This document shows, in pieces, positions 34,704-43,753 of a stretch of DNA of 55,154 nucleotides (the stretch's first letter is position 1; the number at the start of each line of letters is the position of its first letter). Position numbers and translations under genes: made by a program. Source of the stretch: Candidatus Kaiserbacteria bacterium (GTDB lineage: Bacteria; Patescibacteriota; Minisyncoccia; Phycocordibacterales; UBA918); assembly GCA_043719825.1 (NCBI GenBank), contig JAYSTK010000171.1, forward strand, positions 1-55,154, in the 5' to 3' direction. Under the pieces are notes generated by a model. The model did not search any database. It saw only the letters and a program-made list of their open reading frames with translations, and was not told the origin of the DNA.

Positions 34704-36596
34704 TTATACGTTCTTGCCCTCGTCGTCAATTTCCGCGTCTCGGACGTTTTCTTCGGGTTTTTCAGTAGTATTCTCAGCTTGCTCAGGTGCCTTTTCTGAC
34801 TTTTGCATCGCCTCACCAATTTTTTGCATCTCCGTACTGAGTGCGTCAGTTGCAGATTTGATAGCAGCGATATCGTCACCTTCTTTAACTGATTTGAGTG
34901 CGCTAATTTTTTCTTCAACAGAAGTTTTGAGTTCACTCGCTATAGAATCTTTATGATCTGTCAGTGCTTTTTCTGCTGTGTATACCATTTGATCTGAAAG
35001 GTTACGTACTTCAATCAATTCTTTTTTTCTAGCATCTTCAGACGCATGCATCTCAGCGTCGCGTTTCATTCTTTCAATATCTTCTGGAGTAAGTCCCGAA
35101 TTTGCCTCAATGCGAATTGATTGTTCCTTATTTGTTGATTTATCTTTTGCGGTTACTTTGAGAATACCATTTGAGTCAATGTCGAATGCTACTTCTACTT
35201 GTGGCATGCCACGCGGAGCTGGAGGGATACCATCGAGGATAAAGCGCCCCAGTGATTTATTGTCACCAGCCATCGGTCGTTCTCCCTGTGTTATATGAAT
35301 TTCAACTGATGTCTGATTGTCCGCTGCAGTGGAGAAAATCTGCTCGCGTTTTGTAGGAATGTGCGTGTTTTTCTCGATAATTTTTGTTGCCACTCCACCC
35401 ATTGTTTCAATGCCAAGAGAAAGAGGAATAACGTCAACGAGCGTAATATCGCGAACATCTCCTTGAAGAATACCTGCTTGAATTGCAGCTCCGAGCGCCA
35501 CCACTTCGTCAGGGTTTATAGATTTATTTGGTTCTTTACCAAACAGTTGTTTTACGCGCTCTACAATAATCGGCATTCGCGTTTGACCACCTACGAGAAT
35601 AATTTCATCGATATCTGATGTTTTCAGTGATGCAGCCTCGAGTGCCCGTTTTGTGATTTCTATCGAACGGTCAACGTGTTCCATTGCAAGCTCCTCGAGT
35701 TTTGATCGAGAAAGTTTAATGAGAAGATGTTTAGGACCATTCGCATCCGAAGTTATAAATGGAATATTTATCTCACTTTCTCCAGTTGAAGAAAGTTCAT
35801 GCTTAGCTTTCTCTGCGGATTCATCGAGTCTTTGAAGTGCGAGCGGATCCTTTCCAATATCAATACCTTCAGATTTCTTAAATTCGTCAATTAGAAAGCG
35901 AACAATTTTTTGATCAATGTCGCGGCCCCCCATGTGTGCATCTCCATCTGTAGACTGTACTTCAACAACATCATCTCCAACTTCAAGAACGGTTACGTCA
36001 AACGTCCCTCCTCCGAAGTCGAATACAACGATTGTTTCTTCTTTCTTTTTATTAAATCCATATGCGAGCGCAGCTGCTGTTGGTTCGTTGATGATGCGCT
36101 TAACATCAAGTCCGGCAATCTTTCCTGCGTCCTGGGTTGCTTTTCGCTGAGCATCATTAAAATATGCAGGTACCGTGATGACCGCTTCTGTAATTTTCTC
36201 ACCGAGTTTTGCCTCTGCGTCAGCCTTGAGCTTCGCGAGAATCATTGCTGAGACTTCTTCGGGACGATGATCCTTTCCCCCCATATGCACAAGGACACCT
36301 CCATCAACGCCTTTCTTTACCTCGTACGGCACAATTGATTTGTCGCTTTGTACGGCTTCTTCTTCAAAACTATGGCCCATAAAGCGTTTGATACCGTATA
36401 CCGTGTTCCTGGGGTTCGTTACACCTTGTCGCTTGGCAATTTGCCCTACGAGCCGCTCACCCGTCTTTGAAATAGCAACAACAGAAGGGGTTGTGCGATT
36501 ACCCTCACTATTTTCAATAATTACGGGTTCGCCACCTTCTATAATAGCGATTGCTGAGTTAGTTGTTCCGAGATCAATACCAAGAATTTTTGCCAT
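34704..36596 (-). CDS. dnaK: chaperone DnaK (Hsp70)
   Basis: [27 protein letters not shown]. 630 aa. Confidence 0.97.
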   Translation of the reverse strand: MAKILGIDLGTTNSAIAIIEGGEPVIIENSEGNRTTPSVVAISKTGERLVGQIAKRQGVTNPRNTVYGIKRFMGHSFEEEAVQSDKSIVPYEVKKGVDGGVLVHMGGKDHRPEEVSAMILAKLKADAEAKLGEKITEAVITVPAYFNDAQRKATQDAGKIAGLDVKRIINEPTAAALAYGFNKKKEETIVVFDFGGGTFDVTVLEVGDDVVEVQSTDGDAHMGGRDIDQKIVRFLIDEFKKSEGIDIGKDPLALQRLDESAEKAKHELSSTGESEINIPFITSDANGPKHLLIKLSRSKLEELAMEHVDRSIEITKRALEAASLKTSDIDEIILVGGQTRMPIIVERVKQLFGKEPNKSINPDEVVALGAAIQAGILQGDVRDITLVDVIPLSLGIETMGGVATKIIEKNTHIPTKREQIFSTAADNQTSVEIHITQGERPMAGDNKSLGRFILDGIPPAPRGMPQVEVAFDIDSNGILKVTAKDKSTNKEQSIRIEANSGLTPEDIERMKRDAEMHASEDARKKELIEVRNLSDQMVYTAEKALTDHKDSIASELKTSVEEKISALKSVKEGDDIAAIKSATDALSTEMQKIGEAMQKSEKAPEQAENTTEKPEENVRDAEIDDEGKNV

Positions 36597-36631
36597 AGTG
36601 TATGTAATTATTTAATTAATGGTGTTAATGA

Positions 36632-37207
36632 CTATGCTCCTATAAGTACTTTTGCGGGGCGTAATACAGTATTTCTTCGTTTATATCCTTTCTGGAGTAC
36701 TTGTTGGATGATGTCTATTTCGTCTGATGAATTCGCCTTCAGATTTCCTACTGCTTCATGTTCGTGAGGATTAAAATGCTTTCCTTCAGTTTCTATTTCC
36801 TCAATATCATACGATTTTAATATTCCGTGAAATAGTGATTGCATTGCTATAACACCTTTCCTCCATTCACTATCATGTTCTTCTTCCTTTTGTGAGAGCG
36901 CTGAATCGAATGTATCAAGGAGTGGGAGAAAATTTAAAAGTGTTTTCTCTAATACTCGCTCCTTATCAAGCGAAGATTGCTCTTCAATTCGTCGTTTACT
37001 GTTAAGAAAGTCTGCGCGCACCCTTTCTTTTTCTTCAAGTGCAAGCATTTTTTCTGCTTCACATTTTCTCAATTTTTCACGAAGCGTACTTAATTTCTCT
37101 TCCTTAAGTATTTCGTCTTCCTCAAGCTCGATATCCTGGGGAGAGGCTTCCTCGAGCTCATCTTCGAGCATAATATCGTCTTCAGATGATGCTTTTTTAT
37201 CTACCAT
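36632..37207 (-). CDS. grpE: nucleotide exchange factor GrpE
   Basis: Acidic N-terminus, coiled coil and GrpE-type C-terminus (FNPHEHEAV...VLQKGYK..VLRPAKV). Lies upstream of dnaK. Confidence 0.9.
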   Translation of the reverse strand: MVDKKASSEDDIMLEDELEEASPQDIELEEDEILKEEKLSTLREKLRKCEAEKMLALEEKERVRADFLNSKRRIEEQSSLDKERVLEKTLLNFLPLLDTFDSALSQKEEEHDSEWRKGVIAMQSLFHGILKSYDIEEIETEGKHFNPHEHEAVGNLKANSSDEIDIIQQVLQKGYKRRNTVLRPAKVLIGA

Positions 37208-37216
37208 AGCGGGGGC

Positions 37217-37283
37217 ATTATACAGATGGTTTTTATCTCTGTCAAAATTAATATTTTGACAAGCTAGAAATCAGTGGTATGAT
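37217..37283. promoter_or_regulatory. divergent consensus promoters whose -35 boxes form one 22-nt palindrome
   Basis: Minus strand: TTGACA (plus 37240-37245), 17-nt spacer, TATAAT (37217-22), only 9 nt from the grpE ATG. Plus strand: TTGACA (37256-61), 16-nt spacer, TATGAT (37278-83). Palindrome TGTCAAAAT-TAAT-ATTTTGACA at 37240-37261. Confidence 0.6.
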
Positions 37284-37360
37284 TGCTGTTAGATGTGTAA
37301 GCGCCCAACGAACATCCGGTTGGGTGTACGTTATGGTTGTTTTACATGAAAGGTTCAGTG

Positions 37361-37948
37361 ATGAACAGCAGCACCATTAAACGACTTCGGTCGTATTACC
37401 GGGAAATCCCGTGGCTAAAGCAAGTACTTCAACACTGTGAGCATTGGGTAGATGAGGTATCGCGCCAAAACGCAGACTTCAGTCATCTCGACTTAAAGAT
37501 TGGTAAGCAAATATCACGAGGTAAGTCTACCTTCATGAGTGCGTTACTTGTCAGTGCGTCAGGCAGTCGATTCGTTGAATTAACTCCTCGCAGTACGCGT
37601 AACCCACTCATATGGCTGCTTTCGCTCTTTGGACTCGTAGAAAGAGCTCACTTTTGGACTCTCTACGGATCACTTAAACGACTTCAAGAAGGTAAGCTCA
37701 AAAATCCTCACGCCATGCTCATCGAAGAAGGCAAATGGATTGTGATCCTACGCGAGCGTGAAGTGAAACGCATGTTCAGAGTTTTTGCTCAAGCAGAGCT
37801 TGCGGTCACTATTCTTAAAGTGAGAAGAGATACGAATCTATTGTCGCTCATGTTTGAGTACGACAGAAACTCGTGGCAGCAAACGCAAGTTCTTGAGCGA
37901 AAATATTCCAGAACAAAAATTCGGAAGAAACAGGAGGTTCTCGCATGA
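37361..37948 (+). CDS. hypothetical protein, GC-richer than backbone
   Basis: ORF with no recognisable motif. Start uncertain: TTG 37337, ATG 37346 or ATG 37361. The last has GAAAGG upstream. Followed by a terminator. Confidence 0.5.
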   Translation: MNSSTIKRLRSYYREIPWLKQVLQHCEHWVDEVSRQNADFSHLDLKIGKQISRGKSTFMSALLVSASGSRFVELTPRSTRNPLIWLLSLFGLVERAHFWTLYGSLKRLQEGKLKNPHAMLIEEGKWIVILREREVKRMFRVFAQAELAVTILKVRRDTNLLSLMFEYDRNSWQQTQVLERKYSRTKIRKKQEVLA

Positions 37949-37963
37949 TCGCGAGCAGAATAT

Positions 37964-37989
37964 TAAAACCCGCACTTCAGCGGGTTTTT
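37964..37989 (+). terminator. rho-independent terminator
   Basis: AAAACCCGC-ACTTCA-GCGGGTTTTT. Confidence 0.75.
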
Positions 37990-38039
37990 CTCTGTCTGAA
38001 TTTTTTTTAACGCTTTGTCACGAGTTGTTAGCTATAATG

Positions 38040-38131
38040 TTTCGCCATGCTCACATTCTAGACAAGCACTCTCGACCCCGCCTCGCTTTTTCGCCTCATT
38101 AGGAAAGAGGCTCACACCGCTCAGGCTTCGG
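38040..38131. repeat. recurrent structured intergenic element, copy B2
   Basis: CGCCATGCTC (box1-like), CGACCCCGCCTCGC (box2), hairpin GCCTC-ATTAGGAAA-GAGGC, CCGCTCAGGC (box3-like). Confidence 0.45.
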
Positions 38132-38135
38132 AACG

Positions 38136-38186
38136 ATAAGACCTAAGAAAATACCACCCGAAGGTGGTAGATTTTCTCGGTCTTAT
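38136..38186. other. long near-perfect hairpin
   Basis: ATAAGACC/GGTCTTAT + AGAAAAT/ATTTTCT + CCACC-CGAA-GGTGG. About 20 bp in total. Confidence 0.6.
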
Positions 38187-38203
38187 AGTTTTGGTCCAGG
38201 TTA

Positions 38204-38300
38204 CTCAGTAAATTTTCACTACGCTAAAATTTACTAAGTACCTGCGACCCCACCTCGCAATTTCTCTGTCTCTGAAGACTGAGAAATATCGCTCCGGTCG
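38204..38300. repeat. recurrent structured intergenic element, copy B
   Basis: AGTAAATTTT-CACTACGCT-AAAATTTACT (box1 in a hairpin loop), CGACCCCACCTCGC (box2), hairpin ATTTCTC...GAGAAAT, ATCGCTCCGGTCG (box3). Confidence 0.5.
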
Positions 38301-38310
38301 TCAAAACGAT

Positions 38311-38337
38311 AAATCCCGGCGCAGGCCGGGATTTTGA
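38311..38337. terminator. terminator after rpsI (T-run on the minus strand)
   Basis: AAATCCCGGC-GCA-GGCCGGGATTT. On the minus strand it is followed by ATCGTTTT. Confidence 0.7.
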
Positions 38338-38739
38338 TTATCGTTTTGACCACTGTGGAGCACGTCGTGCTTTGAGTAGACCGAATTTCTTACGCTCAAC
38401 TGCACGTGCATCTCGTTTGAGAAACCCTGCCTTTTTGAGAACTGTTCGACGATCTGCTTTTTCCTTTACGAGTGCGCGCGCAATACCAAGTTTGATTGCG
38501 TCTGCTTGTGAAGAAAGACCACCTCCGAATACCTTTACCGATACTTCGTATGTTTCAATTCCTGCATCTTTAGTCTCAAGTACCATGAGAACACTTTTTC
38601 GTTGCATCGCTCCCTTGAAGTATTCTTCAAATGCACGCTCATTTACAATTATTTTTTGCTCTTTAGCGGGAGTCAGACGAACACGCGCTGAAGCTGTCTT
38701 ACGTCGTCCTATGCCTTCAATGTATTGTTTAGTTGCCAT
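38338..38739 (-). CDS. rpsI: 30S ribosomal protein S9
   Basis: GRRKTASARV ... GGGLSSQADAIKLGIARAL ... C-terminal RAPQWSKR. Confidence 0.95.
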   Translation of the reverse strand: MATKQYIEGIGRRKTASARVRLTPAKEQKIIVNERAFEEYFKGAMQRKSVLMVLETKDAGIETYEVSVKVFGGGLSSQADAIKLGIARALVKEKADRRTVLKKAGFLKRDARAVERKKFGLLKARRAPQWSKR

Positions 38740-38751
38740 ATATAAAATTCA

Positions 38752-39102
38752 CTACTCAGTTACTACAAGATTTTTCATGCGTGGGGTATGCAATTTGTTT
38801 TTTGGTATCATCCCGCTTACCACTCGACGAACTACTTCACCGTACCCTCTTCGAGTGGCGAGATGAATCATTGTTTCTACTTTGCGACCGCCGGGATGAC
38901 CAGAGTATGTCTGGAATTCATCTTTACCACGTCGATCACTGATGTCGAGTTTGCTTGCATTCTCTATAGTGACTGAAATTTCAGCGGGAGTATTTTTAAC
39001 AAACGTTGGTGAGTTCTTTCCTAGAAGAACAGAAGCAGCTTCAGTAGCTACACGCCCTAGTCGCTTTCCTGTTGCATCAATGATGTATTGTTTCTTTTCC
39101 AT
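38752..39102 (-). CDS. rplM: 50S ribosomal protein L13 (short form)
   Basis: IIDATGKRLGRVATEAASVLLGK ... YSGHPGG ... GMIPKNKL. 116 aa. Confidence 0.9.
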   Translation of the reverse strand: MEKKQYIIDATGKRLGRVATEAASVLLGKNSPTFVKNTPAEISVTIENASKLDISDRRGKDEFQTYSGHPGGRKVETMIHLATRRGYGEVVRRVVSGMIPKNKLHTPRMKNLVVTE

Positions 39103-39111
39103 ACAATTTAG

Positions 39112-39465
39112 TTATACAAGTTCAATGAAAGCATCTCTGCGACCATGCGTTACTTCACCAATTTTAATAATGCGTGTGTACCCACCGACTCGATCAGTAT
39201 ATTTCTTTGCTATTTCGTTGAAGAGTTTTTGTACTACTCCAATTTCCGGCTCTCCAAGAGTTGATGAAGCAAGACGACGAGAAAACACCGTGTCATTTTT
39301 CCCTCGAGTAATCAGTTTCTCCACAAATGGACGAAGCTCCTTAGCCTTTGCTTCAGTCGTTTTTATTTTCCCATGCTCTAAAAGTGAAATAGCAAGACCA
39401 CGCATCAAAGCGGTACGCTGACTGCGGCTTCTTCCAAATGTTCTGTTTTTGTTGCGTTTTTGCAT
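39112..39465 (-). CDS. rplQ: 50S ribosomal protein L17
   Basis: FGRSRSQRTALMRGLAISLLEHGKIKTTEAKAKELRPFVEKLIT. Lies downstream of rpoA. Confidence 0.93.
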   Translation of the reverse strand: MQKRNKNRTFGRSRSQRTALMRGLAISLLEHGKIKTTEAKAKELRPFVEKLITRGKNDTVFSRRLASSTLGEPEIGVVQKLFNEIAKKYTDRVGGYTRIIKIGEVTHGRRDAFIELV

Positions 39466-39483
39466 AATTCAGTTCGTACTTAT

Positions 39484-40455
39484 TTACTCCTTAAGAGTTG
39501 TTCCCATAGAAGTAAGCATTGTTTCGATTTCATCGAGGCCTTTTGGACCAATGCCATCGAGCGCTAGAATATCATCTTTTTTCTTTCTCACAAGCCCTCC
39601 TACAGTCCGGATGTTGGCGCTTTCAAGTGCTGCGAGTGTTCGAGCAGAAAGATCGAGAGTTTCAATACGTGTTTTAAGGATGTCTGCATCGATATCAGCA
39701 ACAGGCGCTCCCTTCGCTTCTGAGACTTCCTCTACTGGAGCCTCTCGAGATTCTGAGGTGCTTTCTTGAAATCCAATCACTGCTTTAAGCTGATGAATCA
39801 TGATTTCAATTGAACTTTCGAGTGCTTCACGAGGCGTGAGTGTACCGTCTGTTTCAAGAAAAATACGGAGTCGATTGTAATCAGTTCGGTCTCCGACACG
39901 CATATTCTCTACTTCATAATTTACGCGTCGTATAGGTGTAAAGACTGCATCAAGCGCTATTGTCCCGATATCAACTTTATCTTTTTGGTGAACTTCTCGT
40001 GCGACGTACCCAAGTCCATGCTCTACCGTAATGTCCATGTTGAGCTTAGAAGCCTTATCAGTGATTTCACAAATTTTCTGGTCTGGGTTGAGGATGGTGA
40101 TTTGTGAAGGTGCAGTAAGATCTGCAGCAGTTATTACTTTTGCGCCGTTAGCTTTTAGCGAAATAGTAAGTGGCCCTTCACCATGCATTCCAAGTCGAAT
40201 GCGCTTAAGATTGAGAAGAATAGTTACCACATCTTCCTTTATTCCAGCAATGGTTGAAAACTCATGTTCAACACCATCGATTTTAACCTGCGTAATCGCC
40301 GCTCCTGGAAGTGAAGAGAGAATAATCCTACGTAGTGAATTACCAAGCGTATGACCGTAGCCAGGGTAAAGACCATCGATCTCAAAAACTCCAGAGAATT
40401 CCTCTTCGCGAACAACGCGTGGCTTTGATGGAAGGGCTACATTAGTTTCAAGCAT
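39484..40455 (-). CDS. rpoA: DNA-directed RNA polymerase alpha subunit
   Basis: N-terminal domain GHTLGNSLRRILLSSLPGAA-like (GHTLGNSLRRIILSSLPGAAI) and C-terminal domain LDLSARTLAALESANIRTVGGL. Confidence 0.95.
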   Translation of the reverse strand: MLETNVALPSKPRVVREEEFSGVFEIDGLYPGYGHTLGNSLRRIILSSLPGAAITQVKIDGVEHEFSTIAGIKEDVVTILLNLKRIRLGMHGEGPLTISLKANGAKVITAADLTAPSQITILNPDQKICEITDKASKLNMDITVEHGLGYVAREVHQKDKVDIGTIALDAVFTPIRRVNYEVENMRVGDRTDYNRLRIFLETDGTLTPREALESSIEIMIHQLKAVIGFQESTSESREAPVEEVSEAKGAPVADIDADILKTRIETLDLSARTLAALESANIRTVGGLVRKKKDDILALDGIGPKGLDEIETMLTSMGTTLKE

Positions 40456-40481
40456 AGGATTCTATTTATGAACATTAATAA

Positions 40482-41090
40482 CTATCGACTGTAAAACTCT
40501 AGAACTTGCTGCGGGTCAAACAGTACTTCTGCAGGCTCAAAGGTCGGAGTGGATTTCATGGAACCTTCAAGTTTCTTTGAGTCGAGTACAAGCCAATTCT
40601 TTGGAGTGTGTGTAGCGAGCGTTTCTGTAATATTGGTGAAAAGTGGAGATTGTTTACTTCCCTCTCGCACTGAAATAACATCACCAATTTTTACTTTGTA
40701 AGATGGAATATTAATACGACGTCCATTCACAATAATGTGGCCATGGGCGACTATTTGTCGCGCAAGACGACGTGTTTTTGCGAACCCTAGACGGTGAACC
40801 ACGTTATCGAGGCGAGACTCAAGTCGTCCAACAAGATCTTGAATTGGCTGCGTGTTGCGTTCAAGTGCCTCATCAATGTACCGGCGAAGTTGCTTTTCAG
40901 TCACTCCATATACAAAACGCATCTTCTGTTTCTCGATGTGTTGACGCTTGTAGTCACTCATCATGCCAGGACGACCAGTTTTCTTTCGTGCAGTTCGAGC
41001 TTCTGACACAGCAAATTTTTGCGTTTGAGTTTTCTCAAATACTGGTGCCCCAAGGCGTTTTGCTATTTTATATTTTGGACCAATGATCAT
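40482..41090 (-). CDS. rpsD: 30S ribosomal protein S4
   Basis: S4 N-terminal region plus S4 RNA-binding domain (LDNVVHRLGFAKTRRLARQIVAHGHIIVNGRRINIPSY). Confidence 0.95.
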   Translation of the reverse strand: MIIGPKYKIAKRLGAPVFEKTQTQKFAVSEARTARKKTGRPGMMSDYKRQHIEKQKMRFVYGVTEKQLRRYIDEALERNTQPIQDLVGRLESRLDNVVHRLGFAKTRRLARQIVAHGHIIVNGRRINIPSYKVKIGDVISVREGSKQSPLFTNITETLATHTPKNWLVLDSKKLEGSMKSTPTFEPAEVLFDPQQVLEFYSR

Positions 41091-41102
41091 ATTATAAATT
41101 GA

Positions 41103-41534
41103 CTATACTCGTCGCTCTTTAGGTGGACGCGGGCCGTTATGTGGCACAGGCGTTTGATCAGCAATTTTAGTAATGTTGATACCCTTCCCTGCAAATGCAC
41201 GGAGAGCAGATTCTCGACCTGCACCAATTCCTCTAATAACCACGTTTGCATCCTTCATACCCATTTGGAGTGCTTTGTCCCCAATGATTTCACCAACTTT
41301 TGCTGCTGCAAAAGGAGTACTTTTTCGAGAACCTTTAAAACCAAGTGTTCCGCTTGAGGCAGAAATAAGTGAATTCCCCTTACTATCGCACAATGTGAGA
41401 ATAGTATTGTTGAACGTTGCGAGTACATTAAGTGTACCGAGTGCAACTTTCTTCTTTGGAATGCGCTGTAAAGCACGCGAAGTGCCACCTGCGTCACCGC
41501 CTCCTCCCTTCTTAATGATTCGTTTCTTACCCAT
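41103..41534 (-). CDS. rpsK: 30S ribosomal protein S11
   Basis: FNNTILTLCD..GN, GFKGSRKSTPFAA, C-terminal TPVPHNGPRPPKERRV. Confidence 0.95.
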   Translation of the reverse strand: MGKKRIIKKGGGGDAGGTSRALQRIPKKKVALGTLNVLATFNNTILTLCDSKGNSLISASSGTLGFKGSRKSTPFAAAKVGEIIGDKALQMGMKDANVVIRGIGAGRESALRAFAGKGINITKIADQTPVPHNGPRPPKERRV

Positions 41535-41563
41535 AGGAAAATGAAAATACTAACAGCTAAGAA

Positions 41564-41941
41564 TTACGTCTTCTCAAGCTTACGACGACCAGAACCCATA
41601 GTCTTTTTAGCTCCCTTAAGTGTACGAGAGTTAGTTTTAGTGCGCTGACCTCTCGCAGGGAGACGCTTCTGATGGCGTGATCCGCGATACGATTGAATAT
41701 CTTTTAGACGCTTAATATTACTTGTGACAAGTCGTCTAAGCTCACCTTCGATTGTAAATGATTCAATTTTCACTCGAATTGCATTCTCCTCTTCTGTATT
41801 TAGCTCGTTAGCTTTTCGAAGAGGGTCAATTTTTAGTTCTGCAAGAATAGACTCTGCACGTGAACGACCAATCCCATGGATTGCAGTAAGTCCAAACTGG
41901 AGATGTTTTTCGTCAGGGATAGTGATACCGGAGATTCTCAT
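41564..41941 (-). CDS. rpsM: 30S ribosomal protein S13
   Basis: MRISGITIP...LTAIHGIGRSRA...IQSYRGSRHQKRLPARGQRTKTN. Confidence 0.95.
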   Translation of the reverse strand: MRISGITIPDEKHLQFGLTAIHGIGRSRAESILAELKIDPLRKANELNTEEENAIRVKIESFTIEGELRRLVTSNIKRLKDIQSYRGSRHQKRLPARGQRTKTNSRTLKGAKKTMGSGRRKLEKT

Positions 41942-41949
41942 AGTAGTAG

Positions 41950-42066
41950 TTAACCTTGTCGTTGCTTATTGCGCGGTTTCTTCTTGTTAATAATATACAC
42001 TCGGCCTCGTCGGCGTACGATTATGTCGTCAGGACTTCTTTTCTTTACTGATGATTTTACCTTCAT
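41950..42066 (-). CDS. rpmJ: 50S ribosomal protein L36, Cys-less form
   Basis: Not in the track (38 aa). Encodes [38 protein letters not shown]. Sits between infA and rpsM, as expected. Confidence 0.85.
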   Translation of the reverse strand: MKVKSSVKKRSPDDIIVRRRGRVYIINKKKPRNKQRQG

Positions 42067-42068
42067 GA

Positions 42069-42296
42069 TCAAAGACGTTTAGCAATTCGAGCTTTTCCGC
42101 CATAGGGTTCAGGGACTACTCCCACTCGATCCCCTACAAGCACTCGAATTTTAAATTTTCGCATTTTGCCAGCAAGGTATGTTATGACAGGTTTTTCATC
42201 ACCGTCCAGCAAAACTCGAAAAAGCGCATTTGGGAGCGCCTCCTCGACTGTTCCATAGACGAGATTATCTTTATCTTTAACTTCCTTATCTTGCAT
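42069..42296 (-). CDS. infA: translation initiation factor IF-1
   Basis: [45 protein letters not shown] set the start at MQDKEVK. Confidence 0.9.
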   Translation of the reverse strand: MQDKEVKDKDNLVYGTVEEALPNALFRVLLDGDEKPVITYLAGKMRKFKIRVLVGDRVGVVPEPYGGKARIAKRL

Positions 42297-42378
42297 CAAA
42301 CGGGGAGAGTTTAACAAAGTCTGATAAAAACGTCAAGCATTTTATCCACTGTAAAGATGAAATTTGCATTAAAATTCA

Positions 42379-43737
42379 CTATTGAGCATCTTTTTCAGCA
42401 CGAGAATCACTTTCTATAAGAGGTGTTATTGTCATTTCTTCAATATTATTAGGGAAGCTCTGGCTCCAGAACGGACGCACTGTTGCTTCAGCTCTATCAA
42501 TTGAGGGATAGCTTCCAAGTACTGTGGGAAGCGCAGTCTTAGAAAGTCCGAGTAAATCAGTTTTTAGTTTATCTACATCGAACTGCCACACGATGCGCGT
42601 TCCACCCTTAAGCATAAATTCAAGTGCCGTAAGATTGCTTATGTCACTCGTTGTCGTCGTAGAATTGGCATACGAAAATTCTAACGCATACGGGTTGGTA
42701 GTGAGTACTGGTTCATCGTCATAACCAGCGATTGTGCTTTCTGCTATGTATTTAGAAAACTCTGCTTCCTTGAAGAGAGGTACATTGAGTACTGCCTTTT
42801 CTTTAATTGTTGCAAGCTGCTCTCCATACGCAGTAGAAGGGAGTGACTCAAAATTAAAAGTAACTGCGTTATCATACAAAACAAATCCAGCCGGACGTTC
42901 AGTTTTGAGTCGTTCTAAAAGGCTGTTTCGAAGCTCAAGGTGTAATTCTTGCTTTTTTGTTTCGAGCTCAGCCTCATCAATCATGTATCGTTCGCCATCG
43001 AATCCTCCATTAAAGGAAACATTCGATTCTCCATATATAGCTTCATATTGTGGGCTTCCTTTGAGCCCAGGTACTGTAAATCGTCCAGGGGAAACGTTGT
43101 ATTGCTCACCTGTGCCGTCTGCAAACACTTCTGTCGTTACGACACCAGGCACAATAATTCCTTTTGAATCTTTTGTTGCCGCAGGGACTTCAACAGATTC
43201 CTTCATACGGAACACGAGTCCGTCGGGATTTTCAAAGCGAGTATTCTTTATGAGTCGCTGTGAAGTGCCTTGTTGTGTGTTGTACACAAAAACATTTCCC
43301 ACTGAGCGTTCAGAAACTTTTTCAGTTCCCGCTGCTTTAACTTGGCGCTCACCTGTCGCTTCGAGGGTTAAAAGTTCATATCCAAGTTCTCCAGTCGCAG
43401 GGCTCTTTTGCGCCATAAACGTAGCCTGTACAGATACATCTTTATACTTGGGGTACACCGTAATTTCAGCACCGCCCATAAGAACATTTACCGCATATGC
43501 GCTTCCGAGGATAAGTAATGCTATAGAAACTGAAAGTATTGTTCGTTTTCTTCGTGATGCATTTCCGTCTGTTATATCAATACTCCCTAAGTCTGGATCA
43601 TATTGTCGTGGTTCAGTGCGAGGCTCGGAATGCCTTGGTGCAATGTCTTGCGCAGGTTTGCGTGGCGGCACCAATGCGTCACGTCTTTCTTGAGGACGTG
43701 CTGGCCGTATGTCTTGAAGATTCCATTTTTGTGGCAT
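42379..43737 (-). CDS. single-pass membrane protein with basic Pro/Arg-rich cytoplasmic N-terminus and large extracytoplasmic domain, unknown
   Basis: 452-aa ORF with a TM at ILSVSIALLILGSAYAVNVLM. The 319-aa antisense ORF 42734..43693 is Ser-rich and low-complexity, so I rejected it. Confidence 0.6.
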   Translation of the reverse strand: MPQKWNLQDIRPARPQERRDALVPPRKPAQDIAPRHSEPRTEPRQYDPDLGSIDITDGNASRRKRTILSVSIALLILGSAYAVNVLMGGAEITVYPKYKDVSVQATFMAQKSPATGELGYELLTLEATGERQVKAAGTEKVSERSVGNVFVYNTQQGTSQRLIKNTRFENPDGLVFRMKESVEVPAATKDSKGIIVPGVVTTEVFADGTGEQYNVSPGRFTVPGLKGSPQYEAIYGESNVSFNGGFDGERYMIDEAELETKKQELHLELRNSLLERLKTERPAGFVLYDNAVTFNFESLPSTAYGEQLATIKEKAVLNVPLFKEAEFSKYIAESTIAGYDDEPVLTTNPYALEFSYANSTTTTSDISNLTALEFMLKGGTRIVWQFDVDKLKTDLLGLSKTALPTVLGSYPSIDRAEATVRPFWSQSFPNNIEEMTITPLIESDSRAEKDAQ

Positions 43738-43753
43738 AGATATAGTATACCTG

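Noticed and set aside
37208-37336. Searched for a CIRCE heat-shock operator upstream of grpE
   Set aside because: No TTAGCACTC-N9-GAGTGCTAA-like inverted repeat is present. Only the TGTCAAAAT/ATTTTGACA palindrome was found, and it is reported separately.
38095-38125. TAGGAAAGAGGCTCAC resembling the RNase P RNA P4 strand (GAGGAAAGTCCGGGCTC)
   Set aside because: There is no matching 3' P4 strand (ACAGAA..CGGCTTA type) and no other conserved RNase P elements nearby. It is better explained as the loop/stem of the repeat copy B2.
38204-38240. CACTACGCTAAA and related boxes looked vaguely like a tmRNA tag-coding region (…YA..*)
   Set aside because: There is no tRNA-like domain (no GGGG 5' end, T-arm or CCA end). 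The box recurs at several loci, which fits a repeat rather than tmRNA.
38372-39421. Two plus-strand ORFs (164 aa and 159 aa) over rpsI, rplM and rplQ
   Set aside because: They are antisense to unmistakable ribosomal protein genes.
42734-43693. 319-aa plus-strand ORF
   Set aside because: It is antisense to 42379..43737. Its composition is Ser-rich and low-complexity, with no RBS or promoter. The minus-strand ORF has a plausible TM topology and fits the operon orientation. Neither frame has homology support, so the choice is not certain.
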